Assembly: GCF_963506605.1 (NCBI RefSeq) | Contig: NC_083284.1 | Span: 38,750,001 to 38,814,000, forward strand | Direction of reading: 5' to 3' | DNA: 64,000 nucleotides | DNA from: Zootoca vivipara | Lineage: Eukaryota | Part shown: piece by piece, positions 39,546-53,754 of the stretch | Layout: each line of letters begins with the position of its first letter | Position numbering within the stretch: position 1 is the stretch's first letter | Notes under the pieces: generated by a model | What the model was told of the DNA's origin: nothing | Seen by the model: only the letters and a program-made list of their open reading frames with translations | The model's database searches: none | Program-made: the position numbers and the translations under genes

Positions 39546-40532
39546 TGGAAACATGGTTCCATTTGTGGAATAACGAATAATAATATTCATTCTTTGATTT
39601 AAAAACTGTATCCATCTGAAGCACTCTAGGCTTTTCCCTAAAAGCCCACAATGTGAAACCTGACAGGAACATTTAGAAGTATTTCATTATTTTATTTTAT
39701 TTTACTTTACTTACCGTTGTATTAAACCTCTGTATCGAGATACAGTATGCCACTACTACACTACTACTTTATATAGCTAAGATTTTAAAAGCAAAAGCCA
39801 CAACCCTGAGCGATGTAAGGATATGGATTAAGCTTTTGATACTTCCAAATGTGGTTTAAGAGCACTTGCTACTCTTTGAATAGCTGTTGTTCCAAATCCC
39901 CCAAACCGCTTTTTAGATTTTAACTTAAGAAGCATTGGAAGGGAGGGTTGTTTCTAGAAGCAGCTTGAAAAGAATATGCTATGAGCATACAGTAGTGTCT
40001 TTCTCAGATCTTAAAATCCGGGACCAGCAGTTACCCTGGCACTGCATTCATGGTTTTCTCTGAGAGCTTGACAGAGACTTCTGTTAAGGCGGCTTCTGCT
40101 CTAATTGGGCTAAAAGAGAGATAATGTGTATGCCTGCACATGCAGTTACCATTACGCTTCCATGAAACCATGCTATGGTGACCGTCTACTTGCTTGCTAG
40201 CTTGAGATGGGAAAACAGCAGGAGCAGCTGAATCAGCACTCTGCACCCAGGAAGCAATATAAAGCACTATGGTGGTTGCCTAACTCAGCAACAGGGAGGG
40301 TGGGAAAGAAGCCAAATACGACAAGGCAAGCAAAGCAAAACTGCAAAACCACCTCACTGGTAACTTGCAAGGGTGATGTAAATGCTAAACAATCTAATCA
40401 CCACAGATATGAATAAACTAAACTTATTTTGCAATCTGTTTTGTTAGATAATTGTAATTCTAATGTTATAATGTCTGCTTTGAAAATCATAAGGCAAGAA
40501 AGACCCAAATAAACTGCACGTTAGTAAGTTTA

Positions 40533-40868
<336 letters not shown>

Positions 40869-40971
40869 TTAACAATAATGAAATAGTTACAATACATAAT
40901 TGGAAAATAAGTTTCACAAAGGCAGAATTAGTGCAACAGTAAACCATGGCTTAGTGCCTGAGTAGAAACAA

Positions 40972-41243
40972 AGGCCCAGGGGCCGTATCCGGCCCAATCG
41001 CCTTCTCAGTCCAGCCTGCGGATGGTCCGAGAATCAGAGTGTTTTTACATGAGTAGAATGTGTCCTTGTATTTAAAATGCATCTCTGGGCTATTTGTGGA
41101 GCCTGTCTGGTGTTTTTACATGAGTAGAATGTGTGCTTTTATTTAAAATGCATCTCTGGGTTATTTGAGAGGCATACAAATTCGTTCAATTCCTCCCCCC
41201 AAAAAAATATAGTCCAGCCCCCCACAAGGTCTGAGGAACAGTG
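40972..41243. mobile_element. Truncated non-autonomous hAT element resembling OC1/OposCharlie1, with an internal duplication (period 71 bp)
   Basis: ggcccaggggccgtatccggccc start and tatagtccagcccccacaaggtctgaggaacagtg end resemble recalled OC1 subterminal sequences; both TIRs are missing. Confidence 0.6.
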
Positions 41244-41991
41244 CTATGTAGTGCTTAGTGCTATGTAGATGAGTCTCAATGAGCCCAGGCAAAGTTAGGC
41301 CATTCTGTGCAAATGTTGATCACGACTCATATTGTCTTTTGAACCTTAACTATGATTCATCACAGAAATGTTGGTAAAACAACGGGTTTTGGGGGGTGGG
41401 GTGGGGAATATAAAAAACCGTAACAGTTTTATTAACAGGGCTCTATAGAGTTCCCTGGAATGACTCTAAGCAAAGGCCTGCAGCAGAGCTCCTGGTGCAA
41501 AGAAAGAAAAGCCAAAGGGGGGGGGGGAGTTAGGGTTGTGCTCATGGGGACAGTGCACAGTTAATTCACTGTGCATGAATACAACACACAGCTGAGTATA
41601 ATAGTGATGGAGATAATGAGAGTGTGTGTGTTTTTGTACCCACATTGCTGCTTTCCATTTTCCCTATCCCCATCTTTACCACAGAGAAAACGTACGTTTG
41701 CAAGACCTATTTAGTCTAATACTTTAGTAACTGTCCAATTTATTATTTGCATTTAGAAACTGCTAATCACTTTCAATGTCTGAAAATTGTGCACTAGACA
41801 GCAGAATGAACGGTTTAAATATGCTTTGATGACTTTACATTAATTGGAGATCCCAAACCACCATTAGCATCAGCTCAGCTTCTTTATTAAGAATGCACAT
41901 GCCTGTTTCTATTATTATTAATTTAATAGTCCTATCTATTAAAAATGCTTTACAAAACCTGTTTTCAGCCATTTCTGAAACTCCTGCTGAA

Positions 41992-42090
41992 TCTCATTTT
42001 ACAGATGGGGAACTGAGCCTGAGAGTGACGTGATCAAGGCCAGCCTAGTGAATGATGGCTAAGAGATGCTTTAATCCCAGGTGTCTCATA
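41992..42090 (-). mobile_element. MIR/CORE-SINE remnant (another probable copy at 30290-30410)
   Basis: CATTTTACAGATGGGGAACTGAG matches the CORE consensus in reverse orientation. Confidence 0.7.
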
Positions 42091-43966
42091 TCCAAATGCT
42101 ACCCCTGCTTCTGGGCCATGCTGGCTCTGGTATAGTGCAAGACAATCTACTCTATTTCTACTTGTCAACAAATTTCTATCAACATTTCTACAACTCTGAC
42201 CACAATGTAGAGAATCTCCTATATACGTATGTGTGCATGCACAATATATCAGTATATAACATTATCAGAGCATTCGAAGTTTTCTTTATGTATTTCATTG
42301 CAGAGGAGTCCTGGAAACCAGGAAACATGAATCAGGCCTATCTAGTTAATAGTCAGATATGCCCCAGTGTGTAACAGCAAGTTGAATGGAGCTGCCTAGT
42401 TGGTGAAATTATTGGGAAACCTTTGTATGAAGGCTTTGGGGATAAATGTATAGAAGCATTCATTCTGCAAGAGTGGATAACCTACAAGTACGACAGTTAA
42501 AAGTTATCAAGGCTATAGTTATCAAGTATATGGCAAACATTTGTCAGTATTTATTAATAAAAACAGACCACAGCATATTCTAATGAAAATTATTCCAGCA
42601 TTTTGATGCAAGATCAGCTATGCAACAATGTATTGACTTTTGGGGTTAAGAAGTGCAGATGAAACAATGTAAAGAAAAATGACATTTTTGTAATTTACAG
42701 AGATTAAGCAAGGCTTCCTTTTCAAGGAAATGCCTAATTTAAACTGGGAAATTTACTCAAACCCTGAGAAACTAGTCTGCAGTGTGCATACAGAAATGAT
42801 TGGTTAGTTTCATTAACTGATGCCTGAAGAAACATTTAAATTGACACATAAAAACAGCAATTGTCTTAATTTGTGTGGTGCACTTCACACAAAAGCCCTA
42901 AATATGTTCAAATTAGAGCAAGCTGCTTGATTGTCACTGCAATCTCATGTCATGTTAATGCATGACAAACATTAAACCATACACTTAAATGGCAATTTAT
43001 ATCATTTAAATGTTTACTGCCTGAGCAACTCATCACTCATTTAAATGTGATTTTCTGACAGCTAATTTCAGTTAATTTTCCTCTATTCACTTAATTAGAA
43101 CTTTCAATCAAGAAATGGCCTATCCATATCTTCATGTTCATATCATTTTTTTCATTTACAAGCCCGGTTAGTGGATTGCTAGAAACATCTTTTATAATGG
43201 ATGACTAGACAGTATATCAAGTCACTCTTCTCTTCGACCCAGCCACCAAAAAAATGACCATATGGGAAAATTTTCCAATACATATGTCTACCAGGAAAGC
43301 TGCCCTTATTTATGAAAGCAATACTCTGGCTCGTACAAAACCTTTCCAAAACACACATGCACAATTAAAACGATAAAAACAACTGATCCAATTAAATATT
43401 AATGATTTCAAAATTGTTTAATAAGTTAAAAACTGTGAGAATTATCACAAGTGTCTCCATATCAATATACTCTGTGCTATAAAGTCCCATAAGGCTCAGC
43501 AAATGACAATCGTGTGAATTAAATTTTTATTGCTTTCTTTCTAGAAACATTCAATTTCTCTTATAGCTACTTCTTCTAAAATAAAAAGAAATGGGAAGAT
43601 ATATTTACATCCAAAATGAACATGCTTATGGCTTGCTGCACTCTAAAACCCTTGATTATATACCAATATACATTAAACTATTGTGGTAGAAATTCATAAA
43701 TTCAATGAGGCTGAATAACTATTCTGATATCTTTCTACAGTCATGTCAAAATACAAATCATGTATGCTTAATAAACATTTAGAAGCAAAATAAAAACCAC
43801 CGCACTGACTCAGAACATGTACAAAGTAGAGTGCTGGTGATTTATTTAATCTTTTGCCTAACAAAGTTAGCATAAATGGGTGCTTTGAGTCTAAATACAC
43901 TCACTGCAATCCTATACACGTGTACTGAAAAAGAAGTCCCATTTAGTTCAATGCATCTTATTACTA

Positions 43967-44158
43967 CCATGTTTCTCCAAAAAAAAAAGCCATACCCTGA
44001 AAATAAGCCATAGTGATAGGCAGTTTAACCTTGTAGGTTAAACTGTACCATACTTAATTAAAAAAAAATAAGACATCCCCTGAAAATAAGCCACCGTGTT
44101 TTTTTTTTTTTGAGGAAAAATAAATATAAGACGGTGTCTTATTTTTGGAGAAACATGG
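43967..44158. mobile_element. Tc1/mariner-superfamily MITE nested in an older palindromic MITE (43903-44180)
   Basis: TA TSD; TIRs CCATGTTTCTCCAAAAA and TTTTTGGAGAAACATGG; host element ends ACTGCAATCCTATAC and GTATAGGATTGCAGT. Confidence 0.85.
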
Positions 44159-47100
44159 TAGGTGGGTATAGGATTGCAGTCTACGTCTACAATAGTAAGA
44201 AAATGAAACAGCCCTGAAATTTAATTGTAATTTACCTTTCAATATATTTCTAACATATTTCCATTGTGTATAAATGTGATGGTTAATTTCCCCCATGCAA
44301 CTGTGATACCTAAACATAAAGTGACTGAAAAGAACAGCAATATTCAAAACTACGATATATATGGCCAGAGACCTTTTGTAAACTGTTGTAAATAATGTAA
44401 CAAATTGTGGAAGCAGATGATAAGAATTTAGGACAAATGGGAAAATATTTAAAAGCAGGATAATGACTATTACAACCTAGATATAATATAAATCCCAGAT
44501 AGGCATTAGACATTGCCCTATAAAACAAATTGAATGTCAAATATGCAGTCAATAATGCTTGTGTGTGTAAAAATCTTACATATAGCAAATTCTCTCTGTT
44601 TCTCTCTCAAACTATGGAGTTCAGTTTATTCATTTAAGATCACTCAAAGCTTCCGAGGCAGACATTGCTCATTAAAGCTACAGTTAAATACGGTGTGCAA
44701 CTAGGGGATACTAAACTCCTTTCCCATCGCTGCTCTTAAACCCTAACCAATCAATTGTTAGTGCTCCCCAAGCAGACAGGATGCATCATTTACACCCTAT
44801 ATATGCTCTGAGAAAATTTCGTGAAAAAAGAAAATCCACTAAAACACCCAACACAGTACTATTATATTCTGCTCTATTGAGTTATTGTAAAATAAATCAG
44901 AGGCTAATGCCCAATTGTTAAGGATCAAATAAGACCACGAGAGGACTGCCATGGAAAGCCACACACAAATTGTCAATTCAGTCCTGTGGGACTCATATAA
45001 GCCTTGACAAACTGTCTTGGGGCTGATATCTATTTTTTTAATGAGATCTATTAGACCAAGACTAAAACACTTGAGATATGCTAAAAAGTACAATATACAG
45101 ATGTCAAACACAAACACCTATTAGTAACTTTCATTTATCCAGTCACAAAGCAGATATGCTCCAGGATTCCCTTAATATCAAAGCTAAGATGCTGCCGAGG
45201 TAAAGTCCCAATTGCTCATAAATATTCTAAGCGCAATCCTAAGGCACTATTAAAGTACACTCCTCGAATTCAAGAAAATAGGTACTTGTCTATTAATAGA
45301 CTCAGTCTTTTGTTTCGAAGAAAAAGTAAAGTATTGTAATATAAGTAGATCTTTCATATATTTAAACAGCATTAGGGTTTAATAAAGGATGATAAATCAT
45401 GTATTGCATGAAATTTAGCTTTTGTAGCATTAGTTCTTTATTATCCACAAAATGCATGTGTGTTTATAAATGCATACTCTCTCTCTCTCATTTTAAATCA
45501 TTTTAAATCTTTTTTAGTAAAACAAAACATAGACTTACCTTGTTTCCTGGAATGAATTAAACAAGCTGATATCATATACAAAATATTAAAAACAGGGCAC
45601 TTTCTGTACTGTACATAGTCCAGCAGAATCCAATGACTGTCAATAAAATTCATCATGTGTGTCTATAAGGTGGTCTTAAATACAGTATTTTGGTGGGATT
45701 TATGTTCTTGCCATTTTTCACACCCAAAATTGTAAGATAAACCTGATACCATTTCAGAGTTCTTAGGAAGTAGTTTTTCAATATATAAAATATATATATT
45801 TCCTAAAGACATGAGCTAAAATAATCTTATACAAAAAACAGAATTTAAAGAATGTTCAGGGGGGAAACAGAAAAACAATAACTAGTTTCAAGACTTAAAA
45901 TTCTGTTCTTTCGTTTCAAATGCACATCCCTTTCCTTAAGGACTATATAAATTTGACGATCACATTATACTATGGGCAACAAACAAAATTTAAAAATCAA
46001 GCAGTCTGTTATGTTTGCATGTGCTGGATTTCAAACACTAGCAGTAATGTTTCCTTAACACTGATGTATGACCTTTCTAATTTACAACGATGAAGGCTGT
46101 TTTTTTCAGCCTAATTAGAACCATTTCAAATTTTCCTGTTAAATATATGATAAAAAGTCCTTTCAACTTAAAAAAAAATTCTGGAGTTTCTTTTCCATGT
46201 CAGCTTTGTTCCAATCAAAATATGCTTTGAATTAAATGATTTTGATTGAATATGTGGATCACATTCCCTTCTAAGATTTAAATTCCAAAAAGGAAAAGTT
46301 TAGACTGTTCAAACAAAGCAAGAGCAGCCACTTTGCAGAAAGCGATTCAGGTTTACGAAGACTGACAAATTGTTTGTGTGCACCAATAGGTCTAGTCTCT
46401 TCAATAGTTACCAGATTTCCTCTCTTCTTAATAAGAAATTAACTCTTAAAATACTGGCTTTGTTTTGGACATTTGAAGTAAATATGCAAGAGGGGACTAT
46501 ATAAAGAAAAAGACAACACAGACACATTAATGACAGCAGCTTCCTACCTGTTACATTTAAATGAATTTGTCCAATAAAATAAATGGCATTTGCTAACAAT
46601 TATTTTCTTTTGTTTTGTTTCTAATTTATTCCTGATATAAACCATCACTTGCAGTAACAGCCTAGGTGGTGAATAGTATGCCTCGTAGAGTATAGACATT
46701 TTATCAGACTATTTTGGTGTTCTTAAAATATACAATGCAGTGTGTTTCTATACATATAGTGACTATTCAGTTGACATTAACATTCTATGTAATTATTTTT
46801 CTTTATTCCTAAAAACCCGAGGGATGAGGAATAGTACAATGGGGAAACATAAGAACTGGAACATTATGGAACATGTTGGACTTCCTCATTATTTAGAAAG
46901 AAAGTACGCATGTATATAATAATGCTAAGGAAAGTGTTTAAATCAGACTTCCACCAAAAGGTTCATTGCATTCTGATGCTGTTTACTAAGGAGTCAATCT
47001 CCCTTGAACAGAAGGAAAAGTATAAAGACTAAAATGCTTTGCTTGTCTTTACTTATTCTAGAAAGCACTAGCCTGCATATCAAAAGAGAATAGCCTGCAC

Positions 47101-47342
47101 ATTTGTAAACATGATCAAAACTGCCACACACTCTGTACCATGACTGGACATCTAACTCGAATGAAGAAAACGTCCACACTAGAGCCTAAAAAGGTCTGCC
47201 CTGTACTCATCACAGATCATTCTCACAAAACCTTTACCTCTCTCAGCAATGGATCCCACCCCACCCCTTTTGTTTGTTAACGTCTCAGTTTCTGAATTTT
47301 CCTACCTGGTCCAAATGCATATTTTATTTCTCTGATTTAATG

Positions 47343-47505
47343 GGGAGGGACCTTAGCTCAGTGTTGGTGCATATCCAAATATGCTCAGATTCAGTAACTA
47401 ACATTTCCAGAAAGACTCCTGCCTGAGAGGCTTGGGGAGGCTCTGCCAGCCCCAGTAAACAATAGTAGGCTAGCCAGTTCAGTGGTCTGACTGAATGACA
47501 CCTAT
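47343..47505 (+). mobile_element. Degraded Squam3-type SINE
   Basis: A-box-like TAGCTCAGTGTTGG and 3' gtaaacaatagtaggctag...tggtctgact. Confidence 0.6.
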
Positions 47506-50500
47506 GTGTGCCCACACAATGCTGATGTTAACAATGCAACTTTCTAACAAGTTTTCCTTACTTGCTGTCATCCAGATATTTTGGGCTACAACTCCCATCC
47601 TCTCTGCACAGTGTCCATACTAGTTGAGGCGGATGGGAATTATAATCCACAAATCTGGAAGGTGTCAGGTTGAGAAAGACTAATTTACATAGGAAATTTT
47701 CCATGCTAAAAAATACTTAAAATGCATTCTCAGCAACCTTTACAAAATCCTGGAAGGTAGGCCTGTATTATCTAAAAAAATCTAACCTATAAAGCCAAGC
47801 TTTGATACTGATCATTTGGGAATGTACTGTGATGTGCAGCAAATAAATGAACAAGTCTATACCTATCATATACTACAGTATGTCCTGGATAAACTCTGAG
47901 TAGCTCTATCAATAATAATATTTTTAAAGCAATAGAATATAATTCCCGATATACTGGTCATCTAGGACAGGGCTTTTTTGTTTTTGTTTTTTAAAAAGGA
48001 GCCAGGACTCGTATATTGTTAAAAGTGTTGTGGGTGCTAGTACAAAATGGCTGCCATGGGCAGCAAAAAAAGAAGTGATGGTACTCTATACAGGTGAGTA
48101 CCATCACAAAAAAGCACTAGTTTGGAATATAATAATACAGAGACAAACAATTGTTTAATATCCTGAATGTTTCTTTGTAATTCATAGCTCTGACTTTAAA
48201 CAGCAGTTTGTATCATCATGAAAGCATTAGGAAAATTTACAAACTTGATTTCAGCATCCACAGTGAAAATTCACCAAGCATACCATAACATAAACTATTA
48301 AAAACTGTTAGGCTCGATCTAAATATGCCCTAATAAAATGCACATTGATCCTTTCAGATAGAATTGAATGAGTTTGATCTGCAAGGAACAATCATTTCTG
48401 CAAAAATCCTATCAATTTCTTTTACTGTCATCCATGTGTTGGCCCACTCAAGGGTTGATCTTAAGTAGTCCACCCACCACTCATTTTGTCCCCAACTGAT
48501 GTGTATCTTGCTTTCTGATACTGCACCCACTCTTCATTCTTTCCTGTGAGAGAAATGTGGTTCAACTCTCAACTCCCCACCCCCAGGACCACACTGTGGG
48601 TCTTAGAGCCAGATGTTTCAGTACAGCAATACTGCTAATGGCCACTTCCCTCTGCTCGTCCTGATATATCATGAATATATGATATATTACTTATTGTTAC
48701 AGATGAGTTAACAAATACACCAGCTAAAATCTGTCTTGATGCAAAGTGATGCCATGGTTTAATTCAAAGCCTCTGTATATGGCTGTACTGTATAGCAATT
48801 AGGACTACAGTGTACCAGCCAGTACAGAGCGCAGGAAGCTCCAGGTTCTATCAATTTTATAAATGAGTTTCATATCATGATTTTAATCTCGTCCTGTCCC
48901 CTGTCCCCCCAGCAGAGACTGCAAAACAGGCCAGCTCAGATCCATCTAATAGGCTTCACTTCAGTTACGAAACTTTTACTGGCTTGAAACAAAACTGGAG
49001 ACCTTTCAAGTCACAGCTGGACCCAAACACATGCATAGATTCGTAAATTGCACCAAGATTGGAAGATTGCACCAAGATGACTGTGCTGTCAGCTATAGGT
49101 TGATGCCATTCAGCGAAAAGAAGAAAAACATCTGTCCCAATCGCAATTGTGTAAAAGAGCTGCAAATCAAGAAATGCGGGTGTTTTTGCCTTAGAAAGGA
49201 AAGCAAAAGGCCAGCTAAATAACATCTCCTCACGCTGCTATGTCTTGATATGAGTGAAAAGCAGACAGTAAGGCAAGAGTTAATTGGAAGGGAGGAGTGT
49301 TGTCTGGGGAGGGAGGCTAACAGAGAGTTAATCAGGGATCACATCCAGAGCCAGGCATGGATAAGCCTCACTAATGAGGCTCAAGTACCCTGCAGTGGCT
49401 TTCAAACCTAACTGGCTTCAAACGATGCCACCCCATGACAGAATGCAGCTAGCCATACGAAGAGAGTGATTAGAATAAATGACTACAGTAATTAACTTTG
49501 ATTTGAAGCCACCTGACTGGAAAGAGAAGCTAGGAGCTGTTTAGCTGAACTCTTCCTTGTAGAAAGGGGAAGCTTTCCTTTACTCTTGTGTTTGTGTGTG
49601 TTAGGAGAGCTTTTTTCTTTCAAATAGGTATTGGGTGGCACTAATGAAAAGCAGCTTTCATTCAAGGACCTCCTCATTCATTCTGAAAGGAGGGGAGAAG
49701 AAAAGCTTCAAAGGGGAACTAATTTACCTCACCCCAATCACCTTTGGGAGTTTAGAGTTTGCATTGCCACTACTACCACTGTACATATATATGTCTCAAG
49801 GATCGTGCTAAGAAAAATTTCCGCTTAACCAGATTCTTGAAACTTTAGTAATTATATACACATTAGCCTAACTTTTACACAAAAGCAAGAGACTTGAGGT
49901 TTTTTGGGGGGAGGGGGTGTTCCATATAGCTTTCAGGCCAGCTTCATTAAAACAAAAATTCTTTTCTGAGGAAATGTTTTTAGTGATATCACTTTTCCCG
50001 GCATTGTAAAATGAACAGATATATATATGAAGCTAGGTTCACTGTTGCCCAGTGCTCTGAAGCTACACATGCAACATCTTAACCCACTTCATCACAACCT
50101 GCTGTTTTACAAGTAATTATCAAGCATCGTACCAGCGTTGCCCTATACCTGCTGACAACGTTTACCACAAAGTTTTGCCAAGGAGCATCTACAGTGTCAT
50201 AGCCAGAGCAATTCGCCAAACATTTATTCAAAGACTCTGATTTATTTGACAGTTTTACACCTTCAAGGCAGGGTATAATTAAATATTTTGACAGCTAAAC
50301 AAAAACTGTATAAATTTCAAAGCTGCTTAAATGCCTAGTGTACCTAAAATGAAAATGTTGTGTGGATTAGCCTCGTTTCCGAAAATGCCCCCTTAGAAAG
50401 TTTTTTTTTTTTTACAAAATATTTAATACTTTTTTACTCATCAAGGTATGAACGTTTTCATTCTGATTTCAGTTGTGATATTATTCATTCTCTTACTCCA

Positions 50501-50575
50501 AAAATAAAATTGTATATTCAAAATCTCTTTAAAAACTAAAATATTAGGTCGTAGCTAATAAAATATTAGGTCGTA

Positions 50576-50702
50576 GCTTAGTCATGCTGACCACATGACC
50601 CAGAAGCTGTACACCGGCTCCCTCGGCCAGTAAAGCGAGATGAGCACCGCAACCCCAGAGTCGTCCGCAACTGGACCTAACAGTCAGGGGTCCCTTTACT
50701 TT
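50576..50702 (+). mobile_element. 5'-truncated Sauria SINE
   Basis: Reverse complement of the left part of the 5376 and 54541 copies; ends ggggtccctttacttt. Confidence 0.88.
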
Positions 50703-50839
50703 ATAGGGAAATAAAAGAAGCAAGAACTTAGTTGAAAACATTTTATTTCTGCTGTTTCAATTTATTTCAGATACACATTTCAACATCAGTTAAGATGTGC
50801 TGGTTCCCAATGGGATCTTGTGTCCAATCTCAAGTGACA

Positions 50840-51010
50840 CATAGCAAACTATCTTATACTGTGTCAGACCAATGGTCCATCTAGTTTGGTATTTTCTATA
50901 CTGCTGGCAGTTCTTGCCAGAGATTTCGGGCACAAGCCTATCCAGGGACTATCCAGGGACTGAAACCTGGGAAAGCCTGTGCTCTACAACTGAGCTATGT
51001 ACTCTTCCCC
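50840..51010 (-). mobile_element. Degraded Squam3-type SINE
   Basis: gtcagaccaatggtccatctag ... ctctacaactgagctat...cttcccc. Confidence 0.65.
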
Positions 51011-51704
51011 ATGTTTCTTTGAGGCTATGGCCATGTTGTCCAACCTATACAGTGAACATTTAAAGACATCTATAGCCAGTATGCATACAATGACAAAGGA
51101 TACAATACCCTGTTTTAAATAGACACAATTAAAATGAACTTGGTAAAACAAATGGTTTTTAAAGTTAAGACTTGTCTGTTTTCGGGCAACTTTCCTTCAG
51201 TCCAGGTCATTATGGTATTATGTCTTAAAATGAAATGTTTAATGAATGTATAATTATATAACCATTATTTAAACACCGAGGTCTTTAAGCAAATACACCA
51301 AAACACAGATGAAGTGCCTTACTGCGTTGAGGGAAACTGTAATCCAACTAAAGGTAACAATGACCAGTTGTTTATATAAACCTATTGAAATGTTTGGGAG
51401 CTAGTTCACATTCTCATGCTATGTTTATATTTCCATTTATCATCCTTCTCCTTAAGAAGAAAGCTAAAAAGGAAGAGCAGCCCAAGAACAAAATCTTGTT
51501 TAAACTACGCATGAAGACGTCAGGTAGCTTAACAAATTGAGCCAATGTAGGAATGTCATGTATACATCTAAAAACATTATAGTATTACATCGTTTTCCTT
51601 GACCCCTGTCTTCCTCCCCCCTCCATTCTCCCTTTTATACATTAAACAGCCCACAACAATTTGTAATTATTTTCCAAGTCCTTTTCTACTGGCATCCAGC
51701 TTAA

Positions 51705-51707
<3 letters not shown>

Positions 51708-51770
<63 letters not shown>
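51708..51770. repeat. (TA)n microsatellite, 63 nt
   Basis: Direct reading. Confidence 0.97.
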
Positions 51771-51774
<4 letters not shown>

Positions 51775-53754
51775 TGCTTTCAGTGGTTATTAATCAAAGG
51801 TCATATCTAATCTTTGTATAAGCTGCTAATTAAAGGTATACCTTGAAGTACTAAAGTGTGCAAAAATAGTAACAGTTTCATATACTGAATGCTAAGAATG
51901 CTGAATAAATGTGGGTTCTGCACATGCAATTGTAAATCCATGCAGAGTTCAAAAATGTTATTTACTACCAACAAGCTTTCACCATGAGAATTTAATTTAG
52001 GAACAGCAGTAAATTTCAAAATAAATTTGAACTACCGGTATTTATTTTTACTTTCACTAAGATTTTTTAAACTCTCAATAAGATTTTATAAAAATTATGT
52101 CTTTGGATTTTTCAAAAGTAGATAGCAAAACACAGTGGTCTCAATCCAGAGAAAAACAATGGATTTTCTACTTTCCTCCATGGAAGAAAGTAGACAGGAT
52201 GTGAATTTCCTGTCCCTCCCCCTAGCACACCATTAGCTTCCCACAAAACATCTCCAGAGAGTTGTGAGTACCTGGCTGTTAAGGTGGGCTATGGCACAGG
52301 GGGGCAATCTCCCAAAATCAGACAAGGACACTTTCCACAAACAGAGTTTGGCTCTACTTTACCATGCTTGCTACTGTTCATGTGCATGCGTAACGCAAAG
52401 TGTTATCAGGAAGGAATATAAAGTTTACTTTTATCAGGAATGTGGTGTTACTTTTTGAATCTCCATTGCTAACACTGAGTTTGAGATGTGCACCTTTTGT
52501 GAATTTTAATTTCACTGAAGTTGTATAAAAGCGCTAAAGAAAACAGCATTACCAGCTTTAAAGCAAATATTTTAAACAGTTCAGCACATAGTTTATGTCC
52601 AAATAAAGTCCACTAATATCATCAACTAACAACCCAGCTGCATTTGCTCATGTAATGTTTCACACATGGAAACCAAGATGCAAGATTACCTCATTTATGG
52701 TAACACTCATAAACTACATAGTACACAGTAAACATGTCTGCCCAGCAAATTAAAATATCCCTGGCTTATGTAGCAGCTGAAGCTGTCCAGAACCTGTTTA
52801 TAATCCAATAGAAACAGATATTTGTCTTTAATTTTAGAAATGAGTAAAATCAAATTCCTTTACTGCTCTGCAGGCTATGCGCCCCAGACTTACTGCTTTG
52901 CAACAAAAGACAGGCACCAATTGCTTTTCAAAGGATACATTATAAACAGTCTTAAAGCAACTTGAACTACAACTTTAAACCAACAGTTCATTTATAATTG
53001 GCTAAGAAAGGAAACCGGTTTAAATCATTCTCCTTTGCCAATTTAAATCTGTTAGAGAAAATTCACCTGTGTTAGACAACAAAATTCCTACATTCTTATG
53101 AGGTGAACCAAAACATACATTTTGGTTTGATTAGCTTTCAGTCAAATCATGCAACAACCGAATTTATTAGTAGATTTAATGCAAGAGTTTTAATCCTAAA
53201 AACTATAGAGTACAATGAAATTATCCCCCCCATAATAAAAAAATGGAATTTACTAGTAAATGCCTGCTCTTCTTAATGCTATTAGAACAATCTGGACCCA
53301 TCATTGCATCTCCTGCAGGTAGCGGGCAGGGTTCTTGAAACAGAAATGCCACCCAGGAGGGGGACACCTTCCTGTGTAGATTGCACACGAACCTGTGGAA
53401 GGTCTGTTTTCCAGGCCTAGAACCGATTCTAAATAAAACGACAACAAAAACGAAGAAAGAAACTTAACCTAACTAAAGGGAAGCAGACAGGAGGACACTG
53501 GAGTGGGTAGATCCAAAATTCCTCAACTACCCCTATACTAAATGTAGAAATTATTTGAGGCTATAACCAGATGTCCTGCTTACACCAGGAAGAACAGGAG
53601 TCTACTAGTAAAAGGTTAACATTGTTCTTTGTGATCTGCCTCCTGTTAGTAATAGTCAACTAGGATGAACAGTAATAAAATGGAAAAAGTCAGAACTGAC
53701 CACATCAAAATCATTCTGCAAAATCCTCCTGTTGAAGGTTGCTTTGGCAGAGGG

